Part shown: positions 27,836-37,738 of the stretch, piece after piece
Layout: each line of letters opens with the position of its first letter
Numbering within the stretch: the stretch's first letter is position 1
The notes under the pieces: generated by a model
The model's database searches: none
What the model was told of the DNA's origin: nothing
The model's input: only the letters and a program-made list of their open reading frames with translations
Position numbers and translations under genes: made by a program
NCBI GenBank assembly: GCA_017454765.1
Contig: JAFTCJ010000017.1
Span: 569-64,568, forward strand
Reading direction: 5' to 3'
From: Erysipelotrichaceae bacterium
Lineage (GTDB): Bacteria > Bacillota_I > Bacilli_A > Erysipelotrichales > Erysipelotrichaceae
Length of the DNA: 64,000 nt

Positions 27836-29062
27836 ATGCCTGAAAAGACAACGAAATACATTGAGAAAAACAGAACTGTAAAAATGATTGAGATCATTTC
27901 TCTGATCCTTTTAATCTTTGTTTCTGCTTTCTCTGTGTTTTCAGGCTACCGTAAGATCCATTCCGATCCGGGTGAACCGGATTATATCGGAACCGCCGAA
28001 ATGACCAGGGATGATTCACTGGAAGACTATGATGAGGATTCCACTGTCTGCGATGTCGTCTATGTGAACGGAGATGACAGACTGATCGTCTCTTATCCGT
28101 ATGAAGAATACATCGATCTGGATCAGGAAAAGATCACGGCTTATCAGTATCAGAGCGAAGACGGAACAGCTCTTTTCTTTGACCGGAAGGATCCGGATAT
28201 CAGTCAGATCAGAAAGACTTATCAGACGATCAAAGCCGAAGAGACGATGCCTTTATTCAATCTGGGCAACGGCTTGCTGATCGTGGCATTATCTCTGTTC
28301 ATCGTTCTGTTCTGGTCAGGCTTCTTCACAACATATGAAAAGGTCTGGTTTTTGTCCATCATGGCGCTGGCGACTGTTGTCTCTGTCCTCTTTCCAGAAG
28401 AAAGCGCCAACGGCGTCAACGGCATCGTCATTATGCTGCTGTATCTGCTGGATACCTTCCTCAATATCCTGTGTGAACTGCTGATCTCCAAACAGTCCCG
28501 TTACAATTTCCTGGTATCAGTTGCGGTCGAGATCTGCGAGATCGCAATCTGTCTGGTTCTGATGTACCGCTTTGCGACGATGGCCACGACTCTCTTCTTC
28601 TGGCTGCCGATCGATATCCTCAGTTTCATCAACTGGAGCAGGCATAAAGATGATGTGGAGGAAGAACTGACGGCTGTCAGAAGACTCAAAGGCTATCAGG
28701 AAGTACTGATCATCCTGGCGATCATCGTCTGGACGCTTGTTGTGGGTTATTTCTTAAGCGGGCTCAATATCAGGACCGACTTCTTCGCCGGAAACAAAGA
28801 CCTGGAGACCATCGTCAGCTACATGGATGCCTGTGCTTCGGCAGTCGGCGTGGCCAACGGTCTATTCATCTTCTTCCGCTTAAGAGAACAGTGGATCGCC
28901 TGGTACATCTGCGCCCTGCTGGAAGCCATCATCAACATCATCACCGGGCAGTATGTACTGCTGGTATTGAAACTGGGTTATTTCACCAATACCACCTACG
29001 GTTACATCAGGTGGAGCCGCTATATCAGGACACACAAGGAAGCGGAAAAATCATTATTGTAG
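27836..29062 (+). CDS. PnuC-like nicotinamide riboside transporter family protein with ~140-aa N-terminal extension
   Basis: The C-terminal 260 aa show a PnuC-like pattern (WLPIDILSFINWSRH ... LREQWIAWYICALLEAIINI ... YGYIRW). The N-terminus adds one TM plus an acidic extracytoplasmic segment. Confidence 0.65.
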   Translation: MPEKTTKYIEKNRTVKMIEIISLILLIFVSAFSVFSGYRKIHSDPGEPDYIGTAEMTRDDSLEDYDEDSTVCDVVYVNGDDRLIVSYPYEEYIDLDQEKITAYQYQSEDGTALFFDRKDPDISQIRKTYQTIKAEETMPLFNLGNGLLIVALSLFIVLFWSGFFTTYEKVWFLSIMALATVVSVLFPEESANGVNGIVIMLLYLLDTFLNILCELLISKQSRYNFLVSVAVEICEIAICLVLMYRFATMATTLFFWLPIDILSFINWSRHKDDVEEELTAVRRLKGYQEVLIILAIIVWTLVVGYFLSGLNIRTDFFAGNKDLETIVSYMDACASAVGVANGLFIFFRLREQWIAWYICALLEAIINIITGQYVLLVLKLGYFTNTTYGYIRWSRYIRTHKEAEKSLL

Positions 29063-29126
29063 GTCATTGATTCACAGATATAAAATTTGATAAAATATTC
29101 AAGTACAAAAAAAGGAAGAAATTATT

Positions 29127-29684
29127 ATGACAATCAGAGCAGGAGATTTTAAAACAGGTTTGACATTATTAGTTGACGGCGATCCCTGGCAGGTCCTGGA
29201 TTTCCAGCACGTAAAACCGGGCAAAGGCGCAGCCATTCTGAGGACCAAGATGAAGAACCTCAAGACCGGTGCGACTCAGGAAAGAAACTTCAACGCATCT
29301 GTTGAATTCGAATCAGCCAATATCGAAAAGAAGGCCGTCAACTTCTCTTATGAAGCAGACAACACCTACTATTTCATGGATATGGAAACATTTGAGACCT
29401 ATGAGCTCAGTGAGGAACAGATTGGTTTCAACAAGTACTTCATCACCGACGGACTCGGCGTTCAGCTGATGATGTTTGAGGGTGCAGTCCTTACCGTATC
29501 CCTTCCGGCAAACGTCAATCTGGTCATCACGGATACCACTCCGGCAATCAAGGGTGCTCCGGGATCCCAGACCAAGGATGCGATGACCGAAACAGGCCTG
29601 TCCATCAGAGTCCCGCAGTTCATTGAACAGGGCGAAACAGTCGCTGTTTCAACGGAAGACGGCAAATACGCAGGAAGAGCTTAA
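29127..29684 (+). CDS. efp: elongation factor P
   Basis: 185 aa. Contains FQHVKPGKGAAILRTKMKNLKTG, the conserved EF-P loop with the modified Lys. Confidence 0.95.
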   Translation: MTIRAGDFKTGLTLLVDGDPWQVLDFQHVKPGKGAAILRTKMKNLKTGATQERNFNASVEFESANIEKKAVNFSYEADNTYYFMDMETFETYELSEEQIGFNKYFITDGLGVQLMMFEGAVLTVSLPANVNLVITDTTPAIKGAPGSQTKDAMTETGLSIRVPQFIEQGETVAVSTEDGKYAGRA

Positions 29685-29701
29685 AAAGCTCTTTTTACTA
29701 T

Positions 29702-30448
29702 ATGAATAAAACCGTACTTATCACCGGTGCTGCCGGCGGGATCGGAAGCGCAATCGCCAGAGAACTGGCGGAAAACGGATACGACATCGCGCTCAATTAC
29801 TGTCATTCCAGAGACAAAGCCCTGCAGCTGCAGGACGAGATCATTGAGAAATATCATGTCAGATGCATGGCGATACAGGCTGACGTCTCAAAGGAAGATG
29901 AAGTCGATACTATGGTCTCTGAAATCGAAAAAGAGATGGGTCCTGTTGATATCCTGATCAACAACGCAGGCATCGATCTGCCCAATCTCTTTGATGAGAA
30001 GAATGCCGAAGAATTCAGAAGAGTACTTGATGTCAATGTCGTCGGTGCCTACAATTGCGCAAAAAGGGTATCGAAACACATGATCGATTCCCGTTACGGA
30101 AAGATCATCAACATCACCTCCACCAACGGCATCAACACCTACTATCCGATGTGCTTCGACTACGATGCATCCAAGGCAGCTCTCATCTCCCTGACCCACA
30201 ACCTGGCGATCCAGTTTGCGCCTTATGTCAATGTCAACGCGATCGCTCCGGGTTTCATCGGGACAGAAAAAGAACTGGAAGGATATGACGAGCAGTTCCT
30301 GAAATCGGAAACAGAAAAAATACTGTTACGCCGATACGGAGAGCCTCAGGAAGTCGCTCACCTGGTCAGGTTCTTAATCAGTGAGGAGGCATCCTATATC
30401 AATAACAGTATTATCAGAATCGACGGAGGTCAGACAGGAAGCATCTAA
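29702..30448 (+). CDS. SDR-family oxidoreductase (FabG-like)
   Basis: TGAAGGIGSAIA (cofactor loop), NNAG and the YDASK catalytic YxxxK. Confidence 0.85.
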   Translation: MNKTVLITGAAGGIGSAIARELAENGYDIALNYCHSRDKALQLQDEIIEKYHVRCMAIQADVSKEDEVDTMVSEIEKEMGPVDILINNAGIDLPNLFDEKNAEEFRRVLDVNVVGAYNCAKRVSKHMIDSRYGKIINITSTNGINTYYPMCFDYDASKAALISLTHNLAIQFAPYVNVNAIAPGFIGTEKELEGYDEQFLKSETEKILLRRYGEPQEVAHLVRFLISEEASYINNSIIRIDGGQTGSI

Positions 30449-31701
30449 GCTTCCTGTTTTATTTTGCTTAATGCCAACATGATCCCGAGCTTGCCGTACT
30501 CTAACGACAGTCCTCCCTGCATGTAAAGTGTATAGGGAGGGATGACCGGGGCATCGCCGCTGAGTTCGATCGTTGAGCCCTGGGTGAAAGCACCGCAGGC
30601 CATGACTTCATCAAACGGATAACCGGGCATCGGTGCCGGTACGACTCTCACAAAGGAATCGACAGGAGATGATTCCTGCAGACCCTGGGTGAATCTGACC
30701 AGCGCCTCTTCGCTTCCCAGTTCGACCGTCTGGATCAGATCGGTGCGGAATTCATCGTATCTCGGAGATACGTTCCGATATCCCAGCTTCTCCAGCATAT
30801 ACGAGGCAAAGACTGCCGTCTTGAGTGCCTGATTGACCGCATGCGGAGCCATGAAGATCCCCTTAAAGAAGGAGTTGTTCAGATTGAAGTTGGCACCCTG
30901 ATCCTTGCCGATGCCCGGAGCCGTCAGACGGTCCGCCGCCATTTCGATCAGATCTTTCCTTCCGGCGATATATCCGCCGGTCGGAGCGATCCCGCCGCCA
31001 AGGTTCTTCATCAGGGAACCTACGACGACATCCGCGCCGACATGGCCAGGTTCTCTTTCTTCCACGAGCTCCCCATAGCAGTTGTCCACCATGATGATGA
31101 CCTCTTCATTGACCTTCCTGATCTCCGCGATCAGCTTTCCGATCTGAGCGATCGTCAGCGATCTCCTAGAGGAATATCCCCTGGATCTCTGGATCTCGAC
31201 GAGCTTCACGTCTTTTTTCTTCAGCCGCTGAATGATCTTCTCTGTATCAAAATCATCATCGATCAGATCGATCTGTTCATAAAGGACACCGTTGGCCTTG
31301 AGGGACTGAGAGGAATCTCCGCACAGTCCGATCATCTCCTGCAGTGAATCATAGGGCGTTCCCGTCAGCGAGATCATCGTATCTCCGTACTTGAGGAAAG
31401 CGGAAAAAGCCAGGTAGAGCGCATTGGTCCCGCTCATGATCTGTGGCCTGACCAGCGCATCTTCACATCCCAGAACTTCCGCAAAGATCTTTTCCAGCTT
31501 GTCTCTTCCGGCGTCGAAGTTGCCGTAGCCGTTGATATCCGCAAAATCGGTGTATGACACCCGGTTTCTGATAAATGCCGAAAGGATCCTGTCCGAATTG
31601 ACCAGACAGGTCTCATCCAGTTTTCTGTAAATCTCCTTCAGCGCCTCATCCGATCCGGCTGAAAGTTCCCATATCTTTTTATCGATCTGATCTGTGATCA
31701 T
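30445..31701 (-). CDS. methionine gamma-lyase-family PLP protein (YnbB / aluminium-resistance-protein type)
   Basis: 418 aa. Contains GSLMKNLGGGIAPTGGYIAG (PLP-Lys region) and an N-terminus typical of PF06838-type proteins. Confidence 0.75.
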   Translation of the reverse strand: MITDQIDKKIWELSAGSDEALKEIYRKLDETCLVNSDRILSAFIRNRVSYTDFADINGYGNFDAGRDKLEKIFAEVLGCEDALVRPQIMSGTNALYLAFSAFLKYGDTMISLTGTPYDSLQEMIGLCGDSSQSLKANGVLYEQIDLIDDDFDTEKIIQRLKKKDVKLVEIQRSRGYSSRRSLTIAQIGKLIAEIRKVNEEVIIMVDNCYGELVEEREPGHVGADVVVGSLMKNLGGGIAPTGGYIAGRKDLIEMAADRLTAPGIGKDQGANFNLNNSFFKGIFMAPHAVNQALKTAVFASYMLEKLGYRNVSPRYDEFRTDLIQTVELGSEEALVRFTQGLQESSPVDSFVRVVPAPMPGYPFDEVMACGAFTQGSTIELSGDAPVIPPYTLYMQGGLSLEYGKLGIMLALSKIKQEA

Positions 31702-31742
31702 AACTGTGCTCCTTGCTACAATGATGATTATATCTTAATCAC

Positions 31743-31770
31743 ACGAAAACGGTCACTTTTTCAGTGACCG
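31743..31770 (-). terminator. terminator after the patatin-acylphosphatase gene
   Basis: Minus strand: ACGGTCACT-GAAAA-AGTGACCGT (9-bp stem) followed by TTTTCG. Confidence 0.6.
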
Positions 31771-31777
31771 TATCTTT

Positions 31778-32935
31778 TTACCAGTAATCTGCCGAGAACC
31801 CGCTCTCATATTCATCCAGAGGGATCTGTTTCCTCAGGGTCTTTTCGATTTCTATGAAGCGGCTGCTGCCGATCATATCCAGTGCCGCATCGATCTCTTC
31901 TTTGCCGCCCTGGATCTCCATCGTCACCGAACCGTCTCCTTCGTTTTTCACATAGCCGGTCAGTCCCAGCTGCTCCGCCGCCATCATTGCCTGGAATCGG
32001 AAACCGACTCCCTGTACGGTGCCGAAGAATTGAATGTGCTCCCTGATCTTCTCCCTGCTCATGTTCACGTCCTCTTTGACTTCATATTCTTCCGAAAGGA
32101 AATGCTTCAGTGCATCGATCCGCTTCTCCGCTTCCCTCCTGCCGATCTGATAGACCCTTTCCATCTCGTTTGGATCTTTCTCCACCCTGCCGATCTTCAG
32201 ATCTTCCGGCGGACGGATCACGAAGGAAATGCCTTTCTTTTCCCGTTTTGCGATCTCCCGTAACTGATGATTGTAGATGATATGGCGGTTGGCCATCGTC
32301 TCGATCAGCAAGGGATAATCCCTGAGGACGATCTTCATCAGCGGAAGAAGTTTATTCTTTCCTTTCTGATAGGTCTTTGGCTGGGTCAGCACGATGACGT
32401 TGCGGTCATAGCCCTGACTCTCCATGAATTCAAACGGAATCGAATCGGCGATGCCGCCGTCCAGCAGTTCATATCCGTCGATCTTCACGACCCTTGAGAC
32501 CAGAGGCATCGAAGCTGAAGCCCTCATCCACTGGGTGTCATTTTCCAGGCCGTCGGTACATAAATGGTAGATGCACTTCCCCGTCCGAACGTCGGTCGCG
32601 CCGACATAGAACTCCATCGGATTCTTTTCAAACGCTTCCGCATCGAAGGGATCCAGATACAGAGGCACTTCCCGGTAACAGAAATCGGCCCCGTAAAGAT
32701 CGCCGGTCGTGATCAGGGAATGAAGGGAGCAGTAGCGTTTGTCCCTGCAGAAAGTCTCGTTGTAGCGCCTGGGCCTGCCGTGCTGCCTTGATTTGTAGTT
32801 ACATCCGAAAACAGCACCGGCTGAAATGCCGATCCCGCCGTCAAATTCGATATCATTCTCCATCAGGACATCCATGACGCCGCAGGTGAACAGACCCCGC
32901 ATCGCTCCGCCTTCCAGAATAAGACCTTTTTTCAT
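31778..32935 (-). CDS. patatin-like phospholipase fused to a C-terminal acylphosphatase domain
   Basis: Patatin part: EGGAMRG (oxyanion loop), GISAGA (GxSxG) and LLDGGIADSIP (catalytic Asp). C-terminal 90 aa: GTVQGVGFRF and GYVKNEGDGSV, both acylphosphatase signatures. Confidence 0.8.
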   Translation of the reverse strand: MKKGLILEGGAMRGLFTCGVMDVLMENDIEFDGGIGISAGAVFGCNYKSRQHGRPRRYNETFCRDKRYCSLHSLITTGDLYGADFCYREVPLYLDPFDAEAFEKNPMEFYVGATDVRTGKCIYHLCTDGLENDTQWMRASASMPLVSRVVKIDGYELLDGGIADSIPFEFMESQGYDRNVIVLTQPKTYQKGKNKLLPLMKIVLRDYPLLIETMANRHIIYNHQLREIAKREKKGISFVIRPPEDLKIGRVEKDPNEMERVYQIGRREAEKRIDALKHFLSEEYEVKEDVNMSREKIREHIQFFGTVQGVGFRFQAMMAAEQLGLTGYVKNEGDGSVTMEIQGGKEEIDAALDMIGSSRFIEIEKTLRKQIPLDEYESGFSADYW

Positions 32936-32955
32936 ACTGTCTTCATTCTATCATT

Positions 32956-32992
32956 GAAAAATAAAAAAGGCTTGTATCAGATGATACAAGCC
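32956..32992 (-). terminator. strong rho-independent terminator after the OYE-type reductase
   Basis: Minus strand: GGCTTGTATC-ATCT-GATACAAGCC followed by TTTTTTATTTTT. Confidence 0.85.
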
Positions 32993-33006
32993 GTATTCAC
33001 ATCTGC

Positions 33007-34947
33007 CTATTTCGCGTCGTAGACGAACGCCCTGTCATGGCCTGAATGCAGAGCGTCGTAGATCTGACCCGGTCTGTCGCTGTCGCCGACCAGGATCAGC
33101 TTCTCACCGTATTCCTTCTTCAGCTCCTCGTATTCCGGACGGACGGATCTGACGCCCATCGCCAGGACCACGGTGTCTGCCGGGATCGCAGATTCTTCAT
33201 TGCTGTGAGCATCTTTCACGGTCACTGAATCTTTGCCAACCGACATCAGGGCTTTGCCTTTGGCGATCGTACCGCCGGTTTTCATGATCTCCTGTGCCAG
33301 ATGCATGGTCACGGACGGATAGAGATTTCCGCCTACCTTGTCCAGCATCTCAACGACGGTGACCTTGTGATCCTTGCCGAGATATTCCGCTGTCTCAAGA
33401 CCTGTCACACCGCCGCCGACGATCACGACATTCTCTCCCTTGACCCCAGCTTTGCCTGCCAGGACATCTTCTGCTGTGACTGCTCTGTCGATGCCTTCGA
33501 TCAGAGGACGGACTGCTTTTCCGCCTGCCGCCATGAAGACTGCTTCGGCTTTGATCGCTTTCACTTCATCCGGAGTCGCAGGGGTGTTCAGTTTTACTTC
33601 AACGCCTGCCGCTTTGATCTGTTCGCTCATCGTCTCCACGAATTCATTGATCATCTCCTTGTTTGGAGGGATCGCAGCCAGGTTGGCCGTACCGCCAAGC
33701 CTGTCCTCAGCTTCAAACAGGACTGTCCTGAATCCTCTCTTCGCCATAGTCAGTGCCGCTTCCATGCCTGCAGGACCGCCGCCGATGACAGCGACCGTTC
33801 TGCCTGCGCCGTTCTTCACGAGCTTCTCATCGCCCCATTCAAACTCTCTGCCAAGGATCGGGTTCAGCGTGCAGCCCAGTGGCAGACCGTCATTGAGGAT
33901 TCGGAAACATTCCATGCAGCCCAGACACTTGCGGATGCATTTCTCTTTTCCGGCCAGTGCCTTATTCACGAAATCGGGATCTGCAAGATGGCCTCTGGCG
34001 ATACCGACGAAATCGACATCCTCCAGGAATTCCTCGGCAAACTGCGGATGCTTGATGTTTGCGACCGCAATGACCGGGATGTTTACTGCTTTCTTTATGT
34101 TGGCGCCAAGATGTCTCTTCCAGCCTTCCGCAAAATAGGAAGGCTCGATGATCGTCGCACCGGAGTCATAGGTACCGCAGCTGACGTTGAGACAGCTGAT
34201 CCCCAGAGCTTCCAGATATTTTGCCTGGGCGATCGCATCTTCCTCGCTGATGCCGTCTTCCAGATAATCGTTGCCGTTCATCCTGACGGAGATCGGGAAC
34301 TTCGGACCGCAGTAGGCCTTGATGCCCATGATGATCTCGGTGATGAAACGCATCCTTCCTTCGAAACTGCCGCCGTACTTGTCCGTCCTCTTGTTGGTGT
34401 GCGGGGACAGGAACTGTGATACCAGATAGCCGTGAGCCGCGTGGATCTCGACACCGTCGATGCCCGACTTCTGGGCGATGACAGCACCGGTCACGAACTT
34501 CTTGACCATCGCTTCGACTTCTTCCGTGCTCAGAGCCCTTGGCTGTTCGCCGATGACGTTGCAGGTGACATCCGAAGCCGAAACCGGCTGTTTTCCTCCG
34601 ATCAGTCTGCTGGGAGTCTGGTTGCCCGGATGATGCAGCTGAACGAAGATCTTCGTTCCGTAGGCATGAACCGCTTCCGCCAGTCTGGAAAGCTGGCCGA
34701 CGACATGCGTATTGGTGACACTTAACTGATTGGGTGTTCCGACACCTGTCTCATCATCGACCCTGGTGATCTCGGTGATGATCAGCCCGACGCCGCCTCT
34801 GGCTCTGTCGGCATAATACTTGATCATTCTCTGTCCGGCTTCACCTGTCGATTCTGCAAGGGAACAGCCCATCGCCGGCATGACGACGCGGTTCTTGATC
34901 TCAAGATTACCGATCTTCCCCGGCTGTGACAATCTTACGTATGACAT
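33007..34947 (-). CDS. NADH:flavin oxidoreductase (OYE domain + 4Fe-4S + FAD/NAD(P) domain; 2,4-dienoyl-CoA/enoate reductase family)
   Basis: Preferred start is MSYVRLSQPGKIG (RBS GGAGGAATC). OYE-like strings VMPAMG and HAAHGYL, a Cys cluster CIRKCLGCMECF...GC, and a dinucleotide loop VAVIGGGPAGMEAA. Confidence 0.85.
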   Translation of the reverse strand: MSYVRLSQPGKIGNLEIKNRVVMPAMGCSLAESTGEAGQRMIKYYADRARGGVGLIITEITRVDDETGVGTPNQLSVTNTHVVGQLSRLAEAVHAYGTKIFVQLHHPGNQTPSRLIGGKQPVSASDVTCNVIGEQPRALSTEEVEAMVKKFVTGAVIAQKSGIDGVEIHAAHGYLVSQFLSPHTNKRTDKYGGSFEGRMRFITEIIMGIKAYCGPKFPISVRMNGNDYLEDGISEEDAIAQAKYLEALGISCLNVSCGTYDSGATIIEPSYFAEGWKRHLGANIKKAVNIPVIAVANIKHPQFAEEFLEDVDFVGIARGHLADPDFVNKALAGKEKCIRKCLGCMECFRILNDGLPLGCTLNPILGREFEWGDEKLVKNGAGRTVAVIGGGPAGMEAALTMAKRGFRTVLFEAEDRLGGTANLAAIPPNKEMINEFVETMSEQIKAAGVEVKLNTPATPDEVKAIKAEAVFMAAGGKAVRPLIEGIDRAVTAEDVLAGKAGVKGENVVIVGGGVTGLETAEYLGKDHKVTVVEMLDKVGGNLYPSVTMHLAQEIMKTGGTIAKGKALMSVGKDSVTVKDAHSNEESAIPADTVVLAMGVRSVRPEYEELKKEYGEKLILVGDSDRPGQIYDALHSGHDRAFVYDAK

Positions 34948-35071
34948 TATGATTCCTCCGTTTTCTGTCTTCATTATATCGGATATCTGAAATCCGTTTC
35001 TTTTTTGACTGTTGTTTTGGACCGTTATTAAAACAACAGGAGATTAAAAAACCCTCCGCAAGGGAAGGTCA

Positions 35072-36541
35072 TTATCTGAGATATTCTCTCTTCCTCAGGT
35101 CTTTTTCAACTCTGAAGATCGCCTTGAAGACGACCAGGATCTCCATCCTTCCTAAGAACATGCCGACGATGGCTGTCCACAGAATGCCGGGACAAGCGTT
35201 GTAGTTCGTGATCCCGACAGAGAGTCCGACGGTCGAAATCGCCGAAGAGAATTCAAACATCGAATCCTGCAGCGGATAGCCGTGAAGCGTGAAGATCAGT
35301 GAACCGAAGAGGAACACGATCATGTAGAAGAGGATATAGCTTGACGTCAGACGGATCTCCTCGTTGGGTAGATTATACTTCTCACCGACACGGTAGATGT
35401 GGTGCGAAGTGATGACCCGCGGATTCAGGATCGATTCCCTGATGGAATAGTAAATGCCCTTCAGTGCGACGATCACACGGTACTGTTTGATACCGCCGCC
35501 GGTCGATTCCTGATCTCCGCCCACCAGCATCATCAGCACCATGATGGTGATGAAGCCCGGAGGCAGCAGTCTCATGTCACCGACCGAGATGAAGCCGGTC
35601 GTCGTGATGCAGGTGACGAACTGGAACAGCGAGATCCTCAGGCTTTCGCCGAGATCGGCAGTATAGCCGCTGTCGATCAGATTGTACGTCATCAGCGAGA
35701 AGAAGATCACAAACAGGATGCCGAAGAACTTCGTTTCACAGTGATTGAAGAACTTGCGGAACTGTCCGGAGAAGAAACACAGGTGCAGCATGAAGTTGGT
35801 CTGTCCGAGTATCATCAGGATGATCGTGATGATCTCGATCGGAAGCGAATGATAGCCGTAGATGCTTTCGCCGATCACCGAGAAACCGCCGGTGGAAAGC
35901 GCGGCGATCGCAGTGTTGATCGCATCGAATACCGGCATGCCGCAGATGATATAAGCCAGCGTTCCAAACAGGATGTATGCCGAATAAAAAGACAGGATGA
36001 GTCTTGCGGATTTGGCCAGGTTAGGCATCAGACGGTCATTATGACCTTCCGCATTATATAGATTGAGACCGTATTTGTCCGCAAAAGCTGAAGTGATGAT
36101 CAGCACGAAACCGACACCGCCGACAAACAGGGTGATGGAGCGGAACATCAGAAAGATCTTCGGTGTATGGTCGACATCAACAACGGAAAGACCGGTCGTG
36201 GAAAAACCGCTCGTCATCTCAAAGAAAGCCTGTGTGAAATTATAGTCTCCCTTTAAGATCCAGGGGAAAGTTGAGACCGTGATCGCCGTCAGCCAGATCA
36301 GTACCAGCAGCAGCGAGTCATAATGCTTCTCCAGTCTCAGGATCTTTGTATTCCTGAGTATGTACCTAAGCAGAACGCCTGAGGCGATCGTGATTGCTCC
36401 GGGGATCAGGAAACAGCGTGCATAGGATATCTCTTCCGGATAGAAAGGCAGCACTGCCAGCGGCAGCAGCTGTATCACACCGATCATGACCAGAAACAGG
36501 CTCAGATAGAAAAAGACGAGACGGTAATAATCTTTTCTCAT
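35072..36541 (-). CDS. trkH: TrkH/KtrB-family potassium uptake membrane subunit
   Basis: 489 aa and polytopic, with repeated M1-P-M2-like segments containing TTGFS / STGGFS / TTTGF / STVGLS. Confidence 0.85.
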   Translation of the reverse strand: MRKDYYRLVFFYLSLFLVMIGVIQLLPLAVLPFYPEEISYARCFLIPGAITIASGVLLRYILRNTKILRLEKHYDSLLLVLIWLTAITVSTFPWILKGDYNFTQAFFEMTSGFSTTGLSVVDVDHTPKIFLMFRSITLFVGGVGFVLIITSAFADKYGLNLYNAEGHNDRLMPNLAKSARLILSFYSAYILFGTLAYIICGMPVFDAINTAIAALSTGGFSVIGESIYGYHSLPIEIITIILMILGQTNFMLHLCFFSGQFRKFFNHCETKFFGILFVIFFSLMTYNLIDSGYTADLGESLRISLFQFVTCITTTGFISVGDMRLLPPGFITIMVLMMLVGGDQESTGGGIKQYRVIVALKGIYYSIRESILNPRVITSHHIYRVGEKYNLPNEEIRLTSSYILFYMIVFLFGSLIFTLHGYPLQDSMFEFSSAISTVGLSVGITNYNACPGILWTAIVGMFLGRMEILVVFKAIFRVEKDLRKREYLR

Positions 36542-37203
36542 TTCTTTTTCCTCTGGAAGATACTGATGGCCTTATTGCGGTTCTCGGCTGTCGTGACGAT
36601 CAGGACCTTGTCTCCGCTTTCGATCCTCATCTGGCCGTTGGGGATCAGGGCTTTTTCATTCCTGACGATCGAAGCCACGGAACCCAGATCGGAGATGTTG
36701 ATCTCAGCCAGTGTCTTTCCTGCAACTTCCAGATCGCTGCTGATCCTGATCTCATCGATGAAGATATGTTCGTTCTCCATGGAAAGGGAGTTGACCATAT
36801 TTTCGACCGAGGTGAGACTCTTGATCCTCTCTCCCAGCAGGTAAGCCGAAGAAACTGCCGTATCGATGCCCAGTTCCCTGAAGATCTCGACGTTTTTCGG
36901 GTTGATGACAGTCGCGATGCAGCGCTTGGCATTCATCAGCAGTTTTGCCGTCTTGCAGGCGACATAATTCTTGTAGTCATCCTCTGACAGGGCAATGAAC
37001 AGGTCGCAGTTTTCGGCACCGGCCTCTTTCAGGTCGGTCTTTCTGGTCGCCTTGCCTCTCATGACCGGGATGTCGTTTTTCAGCGACAGGTACTGGCATA
37101 CATATTCATCATCATTCAGGACGATGAGGTCGTTGTGTCTTGTATTGAAAAGTGAAATGATATAGTCGGCTTCATGGAAACCGTTTGCGATCACGACCTT
37201 CAT
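36538..37203 (-). CDS. trkA: TrkA/KtrA-type regulatory subunit (N and C RCK lobes)
   Basis: 221 aa. It overlaps the trkH start and has a C-terminal TrkA_C-like segment (LAEINISDLGSVASIVRNEKALIPNGQMRIESGDKVLIV). Confidence 0.75.
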   Translation of the reverse strand: MKVVIANGFHEADYIISLFNTRHNDLIVLNDDEYVCQYLSLKNDIPVMRGKATRKTDLKEAGAENCDLFIALSEDDYKNYVACKTAKLLMNAKRCIATVINPKNVEIFRELGIDTAVSSAYLLGERIKSLTSVENMVNSLSMENEHIFIDEIRISSDLEVAGKTLAEINISDLGSVASIVRNEKALIPNGQMRIESGDKVLIVTTAENRNKAISIFQRKKK

Positions 37204-37607
37204 TCTTTCACCTCTTCCTCTCTTTTCTCAAAATAATCCAGAGACAGATCAAACGGACAGATGCAGTTGATCCTTTCATCGACAAGGACTTTCTTGCGTG
37301 AATCTTTCAGACGGATCGTGATGTCCGGGACATGGTAGATGTGTGTACAAAGGTCTGCCAGAAAAACATTGATGTTGTCGTCATCAGTCACGGCGATCAC
37401 GCGGTCTGCTGTTTTGATACCGCATTTTTCCAGCAGCGAACAGTCTGTCGCGTCTCCCACCTCAACAAAACCGGAATACTCTCCCAGCCTGTCTATCTTC
37501 TCCTTGCTGCAGTCAATGACGATGACATTTGATGATTTATTCAGCGATCTGGCAATCGTACTGCCCAATCTTCCTGCTCCTATAATAATCGTTCTGGGAC
37601 TGGCCAT
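37200..37607 (-). CDS. TrkA-N (RCK N-lobe only) protein
   Basis: 135 aa with an IIIGAGRLGSTIA dinucleotide loop. It overlaps the next gene by 4 nt. Confidence 0.75.
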   Translation of the reverse strand: MASPRTIIIGAGRLGSTIARSLNKSSNVIVIDCSKEKIDRLGEYSGFVEVGDATDCSLLEKCGIKTADRVIAVTDDDNINVFLADLCTHIYHVPDITIRLKDSRKKVLVDERINCICPFDLSLDYFEKREEEVKE

Positions 37608-37684
37608 AAAAACCCTCCTTTATCGCATCTTCAGCGGTTTTCACAAATCAATATTATAAATATTATTCCGAAATAGTCCATATA

Positions 37685-37712
37685 TATAAAAGGTGCTATC
37701 CTGATAGCACCT
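37685..37712 (-). terminator. terminator after the DUF349 gene
   Basis: Minus strand: AGGTGCTAT-CAGG-ATAGCACCT followed by TTTATATATA. Confidence 0.65.
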
Positions 37713-37738
37713 TGTTGTTTCTTTCTGTAAGAGGTCTC

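Noticed and set aside
33301-34419. 372-aa and 254-aa plus-strand ORFs
   Set aside because: They are antisense to the OYE-type reductase, whose FMN, Fe-S and FAD motifs are unambiguous. These are shadow ORFs.
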